A stretch of 64,000 nucleotides of DNA from the NCBI GenBank assembly GCA_004022145.1, contig RCNU01000002.1, one strand, 5' to 3'. Origin of the DNA: Paecilomyces variotii. Lineage: Eukaryota. Positions 25,793 to 35,120 of the stretch are shown here, piece after piece. The notes below the pieces were generated by a model, which saw only the letters and a list, made by a program, of their open reading frames with translations, was not told the origin of the DNA and searched no databases. Both the position numbers and the translations under genes were made by a program. The first letter of the stretch is position 1, and each line of letters begins with the position of its first letter.

Positions 25793-27368
25793 ATGTCCGG
25801 ATACAATGGGCGGCGAGCGCCCAACCTCTCGCAGTTCCTCGAGGATCTCAATACGATTCCGTCGCCGTTTGAACAAGCGGTCCAGCAGCAACAGCAACAG
25901 CAGGAATCGTTCAATCTCGATGAAGAGCTGGCGATGTTCACGAATGCCGAATTCCTCGACTTCGACAACCTGGACATGAACATACCCTTGTACGACCCCG
26001 AGGACAGTCAGAACCATGGAGACAAGGCTGGTGTCGGTAAGGAGCAAGACGTGAAATACATGGACCTGTTGAATGGTGAGTAGCTAAAAGCCGGAGCTCT
26101 CTTATCGTTCTACTATCGGTGGTTCTTGATTCGAGAAAGGCCTGTCCTGCAGTCCCCATGTCCCTGCATACTTCACATGTTCTCCCCAAAGGAGCAGGGG
26201 GGCTGCCTCACTTTAATTACCTGCTTTCTGTGCTGTTTTTTTTTTTTTTCTTATTCTATGATTTCTCTCAACTTGGTTCCATGGATGCGTTGCCATGTGT
26301 CACACTGTTCCACTGAGCCTCGTGTGGTTCGGTTCAATGCCCACCTCGTGCATTTCCAGCACTCTTTTTTCTGCCATTCCAAGCACACAATTTTCACCAA
26401 CCCTCCGTGCGTTCTCCGCATGGCTTGTCGACGGCATGGCACTATCCAGTTCGTTCTCGTTAGATCGGCATTTTCCACACGTCATGATTGGCACGGTCAC
26501 ACGTGCCCGGCGTACTATATCACGCCATTTCACGTGACATCCTATACCCCCAACTGCGCAGCCCAAGTGTTGTCCGCGAGCCCTGCTTCCATGGTCTTCG
26601 TGGTCGTGGGCTGCGTCCAAGGGTCTCTATCCCTTTGGATCCTCGAGTGCCCTTAGTCTGGCGTGGTGCCTTTCTTTCTTCGTTGCGAACGGGCTCTTAC
26701 TGCGCTCCTGCTGCTATCAGATCATGCCTGAACCTGATTGATCTAACTGTGTTCATGTAGCAGACTTCAACCTTCCGGATTTCACTCAGACCGACTTCAA
26801 CGCTTCCGACTCGCAAATGATGCACATGCAGGCTCCTCCTTTCCCTGCTCTTCCCTCTCACAACAAGCCCGCGGCGAACATCACATCGCCTACGGACCAT
26901 GCGACGCCAATCTCCGCTCCAACCCCACAGCCGCAAACTGCAGTTTCCACTCCTGCCCCATCTCGAACTGCCGGCACAAAGCGCAAGCAATCCACTCAGC
27001 ATGACGGCCCTCGGAGCCTAGAGGAGGCCTCGCGCGCGGCTGCTGAGGAGGACAAGCGTCGTCGTAACACCGCGGCCAGCGCTCGATTCCGCATCAAGAA
27101 GAAGCAACGTGAGCAGGCCCTGGAGCGCACGGTCAAGGAAGCCACCGAGAAGAATCTAGCCCTGGAAGCCCGAGTCCAGGAACTAGAGCGGGAGAACAAG
27201 TGGCTCAAGGATCTCATCACGGAAAAGAACGGCGGTACTGCTGCTGAAGCGGAAGAGCATGGCTCCGAGCTGGCACTGATGTTCAAGAAGTTCCTGGCCA
27301 GCCAGAAATCCGGCAGTGAGAAGGTTAGCACTGTGAAGCCCGTCAATGATGTGAGCGCCAGTGCTTAA
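25793..27368 (+). CDS. metR: bZIP sulfur-assimilation regulator MetR/CYS-3
   Basis: Exon 1 MSGYNGRRAPNLSQFLEDLN..DEELAMFTNAEFLDFD. Intron from 26076 (gtgagt) to 26760 or 26763 (TAGCAG). Exon 2 carries the bZIP AAEEDKRRRNTAASARFRIKKKQREQALE..LE.ENKWLKDLITEK. Confidence 0.88.
26436..26538. promoter_or_regulatory. Intronic cluster of CYS3/MetR-like (ATGRYRYCAT-like) and CACGTG/CDEI-like sites
   Basis: ATGGCACTAT 26436-26445 (9/10), CACACGTCAT 26476-26485, CACGTG 26500-26505, ATCACGCCAT 26519-26528 (9/10) and TCACGTGAC 26530-26538. Confidence 0.55.
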
Positions 27369-28680
27369 TATGCTCCATTTTTTTTTCTCGGTGCTTGCTA
27401 CATTCCTCTACACCCTTGCTTTCTCTGCGTGTGCATATTAGCTATATTTTCCATCGTCAGTGAACGGCATTCGATGCTGTCGGGCGGTCTGCTGTGGGTT
27501 CATACAGAGTTGGGTGGTATATATTCTGGTTGGTATTTGTGATTTAAAAAACACTCGGGCGCATGATTGGCACGGCCCGGATCGGTCTCCTCGACGGCCA
27601 CGGCCCCAATCAGGTTGGCGCGTAGGCGTTTTATGTGTGGCTGGCAGCTGTATTGAGAGATATGCAGAGCCAATGAATGATGAAATGGAGGTGATGATGT
27701 CCGTTCTTCCTAGGGTTCTTTCCCTCCCTAGACGTCCCTGAAACCATGAGGACGAGTTTTCTCTTTTGCTGTTCTCTTACTCTCAGATCAATAAATCAAT
27801 TAATCAAAAAAGACGAACGCATGGCTCTTAAATCCGATCCAGTGCAATTTTTCCACTTCAATTCTTCACTGATATCTTCCAATTCGTAGAAATAGTAAGT
27901 AAGCATGTCATTCCCAAGAGCGGGAACTATACCTAACTACTCTAGGTACTCAGCTGTCCATTGCAAATCAGCATAGCTAACTACCTAATCTAGATAACCA
28001 TCCCATGTTTTCTTTCATTATCAATATCAATATCAATATCAGTTATGAAAATGAAACGGAAACGGAAACTACAGAACTATTAGTTAGGTAATTATCTACT
28101 AGGTAGTTAACTAAGTAAGTACCAAGATTTCCCTGTCGTCTGATATATTAGGAAGGAAGAAAAGATGGACTGAACTATAAAAGATAAGATGACGTTCAAT
28201 TTCCTTCATTCGTCGATAAGAAAAAAAAGAATACATTATCTTATCAATGGGGGGGTATGGTAGTAGGTAACTACGTAGGTATACTAAGTCCATTGAACCG
28301 TTGACAGTATGAATCAATCAATCAATCAATCTCTACTGCGCTTGCAAATAGGGTAACTGAGGGTGATAAGCCCGGTAGTCGAAGAAGAAGGAAAAGAAGA
28401 AAAGGACAAAGAAGCAGGAACCCAGAACGCCCCCGTGTCGATAGGTCAGTGTCAGTTTCCCAAGCGATAGAGGTATAAAGTGAAGCAAATAAGCAGTAGG
28501 AACAAAGTAAAAAAAAAGTAAACCCATAAAAACAAAGAGACCCCATTTCCCAATCCCGTCGCTGTTCCAAACCCTTGTTCATCCGTCGTAGAGAAAAAAA
28601 ATCAAATGAAAGAAACTGGCGCCTTGCCCGTACTCGAAGAAGTAGACTTTATCAGATATCGTGGAATGTCGTGTCGATCC

Positions 28681-30033
28681 CTAGTTGACTTCTCCAGCTT
28701 TGGTATCGGTCTCCTTATGGACTGCTTCTTCCTTCGTAGTCTCGGGAGATAGGTTCATCTGAGTTTGAGTTTCTGTGCTCTCCTCATCGTCTTTGCTCCC
28801 TTCCGTCTCCTCGTCTTCAGAAGCTACGCCCGTAACTTCAGCCCATCCAGAGCTTCGTCTGCTGATGCGACCTGTAGCACCAGAAGAGATCACTGCAGGG
28901 CTCGCTAGAGGGCTGCCAACTCCTCCCGCCAGGCTTCCGGTTGCGCTGTCGTGGCGGACGTGGGATTGGATGCCACTCCTAATACTGCCCGTATCTCCCG
29001 TTCCTGAGCTCTGCTTGTTTGCATAATAGCTGCTTCTGTCGCCAGCACTAGTGCCAAGGGCCATAGTACCGGTTGCAGAGTATATGCTGGCACGTTCAGT
29101 GCCCGCGAGACCGCCAATGCTAGGACGAGGAACAACGCCAGAGGCATTGAAGACGGATGCATTCGTGTTGTCTACAACGCTCCCGCTCAGGACACTCAGC
29201 GGTAGACTCTCACGACTGCCGCCAAAGACCGAGGAAGGAGCCAAAGCACGCACCGAGGCGTTCGTATCAAGCGAGTTCCGACGACGACGCTTCGATGAGG
29301 ACGCAAGCGTTAGGATCGAGGCATTATCGGTCAGCATATTGTTCGCAGTCGCTGTGCTGTATGTGTAGGGCGCCAAATGAGGTGGCACCGCACTTGCAGG
29401 CGACGGCGGGAACTGGTGAGTGAACTGGACGCCCAGCGGTTGACTGGCAGAGCTCTGCGTCGAGCTCACATGTGGCAGTCCACCCCCATGAGCCCCGTTC
29501 TGAACACCATAAAGGTGCGCTGAAGGTGCAGTCGACTGAACGGTCGTCAGAGTTGTGGTCAAAGACCGTACTGAGTGCGCTGGCGAGGAGAACGTGCTCC
29601 CCTCGCCACCTCCCGCGGAACTGATCCCGCCGCCTACTGTCGTTGCCAATGTACCTGCTTTGGAGTATCCTGCATCTGATATTGTAGTTTCAGCGGTCGT
29701 AGAGAGTGTGGGGGCAGTCGACTTTGCACTCGTCGCAGGAACTGGGCCATCGTAGTTCGATTCCGTGAAGGAGGGCTGGCTTTGCGAACGTGACGCGCGA
29801 GTGCCACAGTCAGTGGATTCCGCCCAAGATATCCGATCGTTTCTGCTGTTCGTATTGATCGTTCCTGAGAGAGGATATGGATTGTTCTTGCACTTCTTGC
29901 TCTTCGAACCTGTCGTTGAACCGCCGCGTTTACTTGACGTGCCCGCATGGTTTGAGACGGATGAGTTCTTGAGATTGGCAAGACGCTTCATCCAGCTCGA
30001 GAAAGGCCGACGGAGTCCATGGCGGTCTTCCAT
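28681..30033 (-). CDS. Conserved Ser/Thr-rich fungal protein of unknown function
   Basis: Long ORF; first ATG gives MEDRHGLRRPFSSWMKRLANLK. Conserved-looking core STFSSPAHSVRSLTTTLTT and TATANNMLTDNASILTLASSSKRRRRNSLDTNASVRALAPSSVFGGSRESLPLS. Confidence 0.75.
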   Translation of the reverse strand: MEDRHGLRRPFSSWMKRLANLKNSSVSNHAGTSSKRGGSTTGSKSKKCKNNPYPLSGTINTNSRNDRISWAESTDCGTRASRSQSQPSFTESNYDGPVPATSAKSTAPTLSTTAETTISDAGYSKAGTLATTVGGGISSAGGGEGSTFSSPAHSVRSLTTTLTTVQSTAPSAHLYGVQNGAHGGGLPHVSSTQSSASQPLGVQFTHQFPPSPASAVPPHLAPYTYSTATANNMLTDNASILTLASSSKRRRRNSLDTNASVRALAPSSVFGGSRESLPLSVLSGSVVDNTNASVFNASGVVPRPSIGGLAGTERASIYSATGTMALGTSAGDRSSYYANKQSSGTGDTGSIRSGIQSHVRHDSATGSLAGGVGSPLASPAVISSGATGRISRRSSGWAEVTGVASEDEETEGSKDDEESTETQTQMNLSPETTKEEAVHKETDTKAGEVN

Positions 30034-32005
30034 GGCCGTCAGTTCGGGATCCCTTGAATGATATCTTGCAATTATGGAAGTAGCGTACCGTGTGCTCTGG
30101 CCGGACCCTCGGTCGTGGCCATTCGTCTCTTCGCAAGAAAGTTGACGGTCTGTAGAGCGCTGAACAGACCGGAGAATTGTGTAATGGGTTGTAGAGAGTC
30201 TTTCCAAAAATAGCTCAGCACTTGCAGGAAAGGAGGAACGTCGAAACGAGCAGCGTTCGAGACCCGCGGTTCGTATTCACCCGCGGAGTTGAGGCGGCGC
30301 TTAAGGTGGGCTGAGGAGAGAGGAGATCAACGTAGGGAGGTATATGTACGCGGGAACGGGCTTCTGGAAACTCCAGTTGGATTACGGAGACAGAATAGAA
30401 GTCCCAGATTGTGATGCATAAAAGCACTATAAAGGTATCTGAGGTGCAAATGAGATCCTATTCTCACAAGGCTGATGGCGGAGTCATCGCTGAGCTGTCG
30501 ACTTGCCTCCTGGCAGACTCCGGATGCTCCCATGCTGACTAACATCGGCATTCCAACGCCCGGTAATCTATCCATCCTCTATACTGATCATCCATGCAGA
30601 AGCAAGATATTCAATTAAGACATGCCTTTTACAGTAGCTTTGCGAATTGCCTGTTTTTGCACTGAAGTGAATATATATGAATGAACAACTACTAGTAAGT
30701 GCTTCTCTTGATGGTATGATCAGTCTTCGTCGTTCCGTGTACTGTATCCGGCATCCTTCCTTGCAACCCCCTTTTCCTTTCGGTCGTTCCAACAAGCAGA
30801 TAACTGTACATGAAATATCACGGTATCATTTGCACAGAGTTATCTATCATTTTGCTCTCCTGTAATCAATTGACCGCTTTTGGTATATTGCATATAATAG
30901 CTGTAACTATGGCTCCTTTCACTGATACGCAAAGCTATATCCTCGCATTCCCTTTCACTGAGCATTGAAGCATGATTATGAATAATGCGAACTGGATTCC
31001 CCGCCAAAAAGAGAGAAGGCAAATTCACATTTACCCTTCCCCCTCTTTCTCTATCCTATCGTGGTATAAAATGTCGCATCTACCGTTCCTGATCCCAATC
31101 TCCAACGCTCTCCATCCATCAGAACTTATTCTCTGTCTTTATATAGCAGAGAGCGAAATTAATAACGTATCTCTTTCATATTCTTCTCCTTGGTATAATA
31201 GCTTGGGCTATCCTCTCTTGCCCTCTTTCAGTATATATACAACGTGCTCTGCCGTTGATGGAATATATTATATAGTGACCAATGGTATACCAGATCATGT
31301 ATTTGCAGTCACTCCATACTGCCTTTCCATAGCTTATAGCTCCTACCCCTCCTGAGGAGGAGGACATCATCATTCTATTGACTACCTTCAGGGATATATT
31401 GTTCCCGCAAAATGCGTTCTATTGTGAACGCAACTCCTATATAAACTTGATTTGTTCCTTTTACATGAACTCCGCAAATTTGGCCCTGCAGGTCCCTCTA
31501 CAGGAATGTCCATCTGTTTGATATACCAACTTCAGATCATTATATCGAACAAGCGAAGCTCTCGCCCCGTGTTGCATTGAAATTGATATTCTCAGAAACC
31601 CAGGAAGCGTTTGCCATATCTCTCCCGGACGTTGAGAGGATTTTCAGCTTGAAAAAGAATGGATGCTACTATCAGATCTGGAATTTACCTGAAGAGGAGC
31701 TCATACCAGTTCCTGAAGCTCTCCACAACAGACTGGCAGAGATATCGTCCGCACTTGGCCAGGACCCCAACAATGAAGCGAGCTAGGAAGTTGGACGTGT
31801 ACGACGACTCAAACGGCGTCGATTAATGAAAGTATATAACAACCGCCAGCCAAGAGCTGTGAGAGTTGTTAAAAGAAAGAAGGGTGGCCAAGAAGGGTTG
31901 CTCTACCTAGTCCTCTCTTTTACTTCCTTCAAGCACATTCTTCCAAATGAATACGGCATGGGATTATATGCCACCCAGTTCCGGGAGAACCAAGAGCTAT
32001 CCATC

Positions 32006-32155
32006 CTCTATAACAGCATGGTAGTGGGACCTGTTCATCGCGAATCGTGACAACCCAAACACTATATGGCCTAGCGGAATGTCCAAGGATGTCGCCATAA
32101 CAATTGGTCGAGACGATGCCCTTGCTGAGGAAGAGTGGAACTCTATAACAGCATG
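32006..32155 (+). repeat. Perfect 15-bp direct repeat flanking a 120-bp insertion
   Basis: ctctataacagcatg at 32006-32020 and 32141-32155. Confidence 0.95.
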
Positions 32156-32354
32156 ACGCTATCATCTACAGAACGGAAGTACCACACATAAAAGATAAGC
32201 TACTTGCTATTGTGCGGTTCAGTGGCAAGTACGCCTATATGCTTCAGAACCCTGAGAAACCGGCCATTTGGCACATAGATCATAACAAGCCTTTACGAAT
32301 GTTTGTCCAAGGAGATAACCATGAGGGAGTTTACGCCTACTGGGTCGTCAAACA

Positions 32355-32605
32355 CCGCTCTGGGAAAGGGCCAGGTGATAATGTTTGACAACAGACGCTC
32401 GGTGAAGCTGAAAGGAAGGAGCTCAGGTACGATCAGTGTATACTGCTTCGACTATAAAGAAGTGAATGAACGGGGTGCAAGAATATCAGGGGGGAGGGCC
32501 CCTTTAATATTCTCGTCAACCGGACAACGGCCATTGGAAAAGCGCTCCTTGGTCAAGCCAATTGGGACTCTCTGGAGGTGGCGGCAGAACTGTACTACGT
32601 CCTAG
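32355..32605 (+). pseudogene. Fragment of an unknown protein family (copy 1), inserted in the RNase H
   Basis: LGKGQVIMFDNRRSVKLKGRSSGTISVYCFDYKE../GEGPFNILVNRTTAIGKALLGQANWDSLEVAAELYYVL, with one frameshift. Homologous to 34768-35015. Confidence 0.7.
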
Positions 32606-32841
32606 TTCCGTCTGTTTATATCCCTGGTCCTAAGCATCGAGTCGCTGACAGACTATCCCGAGTACTTTTCAGTTCCAAGGATTGCGACTGCGACAATGCC
32701 GTTGGGGATGCTCACCAAGAACTCATCGAGAGAGGTCCTCTGTGGATATGGAAATATGGCATTTCCGGCTGCTTTTCAGATGGATATAGGTTTACGTTCC
32801 TCCGAATTAACAACGAATCCCGATGGTCAGAATGGCCCTGT

Positions 32842-32861
32842 CCCCCCCCCCCCCCCCCCCC
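32842..32861 (+). repeat. Poly(C)20 homopolymer
   Basis: Run of 20 C read directly. Confidence 0.9.
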
Positions 32862-33501
32862 GCCCGGGGCACCACAAGAGGGTTGAGAGAAAACGTTATC
32901 TACACGCATCTCCGTCTGATTATACGGAGTGCTGCCCGGACATCTCCCAGGTCCTCCCCCGAGAGAGTCTCCACGCAAACGGACCACAGACCGCATGCTC
33001 GCCCCTATTACGAGCTGCGGATTGGGAGTTCCTTCGATGAGCAGCCTACGATGGATTACGAATACTGAGATCTTCAACAGACCCGCTTAAGCACGAGGTC
33101 CAGCAGAGGGATACCCTGAACGGGGTTCACATCCTCAGTGGTGTTCACCTTCAAAGATACAGACCCCTTCTCACCCAAGACTAGTATGATGTCTTGGAGA
33201 TAGCAGATCAGCCTTGTTCGCCTTGGGCGTTGACCCCCAGAGGCAAGACAACGGAGCCGTATATCCCCACGGCCGTCAGGAAGTGGTGGTACTTCGGGCA
33301 GGAGGACTTGGACCGTATCAGCCCCAACAAACGGCGTGATATTGGCCGTATCATGGAGACCGGATTAGGAGTACAACTTTTCGGGGACGATAGGTATGCT
33401 GCCTGTCAGCTCCAAAGATAACTTGAAAGAAGAACATTATAGAACTCGACCTGGCATCTTCAGAAGACTTTGCAACATGGGATGAGACAGGGATCTTTAA
33501 A

Positions 33502-33935
33502 ATGCGGTTCTGCCAGGGCAAAAAGGTACACGAACTGATAAAACACGCCGAGAAGGAAGCCTTCTCCGACATCCTTCATGAGAAGGACATTTCTGACCAT
33601 TCTGCCTTGGAATACCTCCTTCGCGGATCACCAAAGCTGCGTGCAATGCTGCCGGTAATATGCGATCAGATCCTTCTCCATAATGAGAAGTCAGTTATCT
33701 GGTGCGTTAATCCCGCCCAGCATTTGTTTATTGGTGCAGCCTTGCACCTTTGTGGCATCGACGCGCATGTGTTCCACTCAGAGCTCGATCATTACGAGCT
33801 AGAGATGCTGGTCCAGGCCTTCTAGCAAACGGAACTCCCATCATGTGCTAATTTGCTCATACTACGTGAACAGCGCTGGGTCTAACCTCCAGAGCTTATG
33901 TCGTAATGTTCACTTATTCGATATCCCAACAAGCG
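33502..33935 (+). pseudogene. SNF2-like (SF2) helicase C-terminal domain fragment
   Basis: LLRGSPKLRAML..NEKSVIW.., an in-frame TAG at 33823-33825, then VLICSYYVNSAGSNLQSLCRNVHLFDIPTS (G.NLQ..V.L.D motif region). No N-terminal ATPase and no motif VI. Confidence 0.65.
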
Positions 33936-34699
33936 GCGATGTACCAGAAGGAGTCAGCGGGGATCTTACTTACGTCACGGTATATCCTCCAGAAGATCAT
34001 CTCTCAAGACTTGACCTACTACCTGATTTTGTTGGCTCTCTTCGGACGAGGAGAACACAGAGGATGTGCTGCAACTGAAGACGAGCAAATTGTGATGGTA
34101 ATCATGACAAATCATATACAGGTATCTTTGATCTAACGAGTGTTTGGCTTCCTCTTACTATTAAAACAAACACTACAACTGCAATCACCGATTTTCCGAA
34201 CCAGATTGAATCCACCAATAGCACAGCCCCAGGTACGTGATATCAGACATATCACCAACATCATATAAAGAGGATGATACTGACTGGGAGATAGAATGTT
34301 ATCCACGTGAGCACTGGCGCTCACTTGTCAATCGAGGCTCCCCGTCTTGATCGGCGCCAGCCAAGAGCTGTGAGAATCGGGAAGAAGAAAAAGGAAGCTA
34401 AGAAAAAGATAAAGAGCTCCTTGAAGACAGAGCAGGGTCTGGTAAGTAGGCCTATATCTGGGATACGTGATTTTGTTTCACATAGGAAAGCAATAAATCT
34501 ATGTGTTATATTAGCTGGCTTGCAGGGATAAAGAATATGTCCCGAAACATTTTGCAGAAGATCATTGGACAAGATGTGGCATATTACCTTGTCTGGCTGG
34601 CTCTCTTCGGAGAAAAGAATCACTGTTTATAAGTTCGCTACAGGAGAGGGTGCGTAGGAGGAAGTGAAGGAAGTGAGATCACGATCCCGAGAGGTATAC

Positions 34700-35120
34700 A
34701 GGGATGGAGCCTTATGCCTCTGCACAGCGGAGCTATTGTGGGAGAGCCTTTCGGAGGGAGTGATATTGTTTTGGAGCGTGGACAGATACTAATGTCTGAT
34801 AACCAGAGAATAGTGACATTGAAGGGGAGAAGCTCTGGTATGGTCGCCATTTACTCTTTCAATTACAAAGAGATCAGCGGGATACGTGAAGACCAGGGGG
34901 GAGAAGGCCCGTTCGATCTTCTCATCCACGGAGTGACTGCCATTGGGAAGGCCCTTCTTAGGCAGGCTTCATGGGACTCCGCAGAGGTATAGGCAGAGTT
35001 GTACTTTATTCTTGCTCAGGATGAACAATCTGTCAAGCTTTTCCTGCAGGATCAACGACGACAGCTTGTGAGCCTGGCAGTTACTAAGCACAAAGTACAC
35101 AAGATATTGGAACGTTCTTG
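34700..35120 (+). pseudogene. Fragment of the same unknown protein family (copy 2)
   Basis: VLERGQILMSDNQRIVTLKGRSSGMVAIYSFNYKE..GEGPFDLLIHGVTAIGKALLRQASWDSAEV*AELYFIL, with a premature TAG at 34990-34992. Confidence 0.7.

Larger units (their letters stand above)
31945..32765 (+). mobile_element. Degenerate Ty3/gypsy LTR-retrotransposon RNase H, split into three collinear pieces
   Basis: Pieces read EYGMGLYATQ..ELSILYNSM (to 32020), LYNSMTLSSTERKYHT*/DKLLAIVRF..KPAIWHIDHNKPL..DNHEGVYAYWVVK (32141-32352), and VYIPGPKHRVADRLSRVLF..GPLWIWKYG (32614-32760). These match the recalled gypsy RNase H pattern (ILYDS..ERKY..ELLAIV..TDHKPL..YIPG.N.VAD.LSR). Confidence 0.8.

Noticed and set aside
26126-26656. 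176-aa Cys-rich ORF inside the metR intron
   Set aside because: No ATG at its annotated start, crosses a poly(T) tract and has no recognisable domain; consistent with a chance intronic ORF.
30034-30207. 58-codon N-terminal extension of the Ser-rich gene
   Set aside because: Starts at TTG and looks unconserved; the first ATG at 30033 precedes the conserved-looking motif.
31844-34375. CRISPR-like or LTR-pair interpretation of the repeats in the mosaic
   Set aside because: Only isolated pairs (15 bp and 21 bp) with irregular spacing, no long direct repeats with TG..CA ends, and a eukaryotic context with no cas genes.
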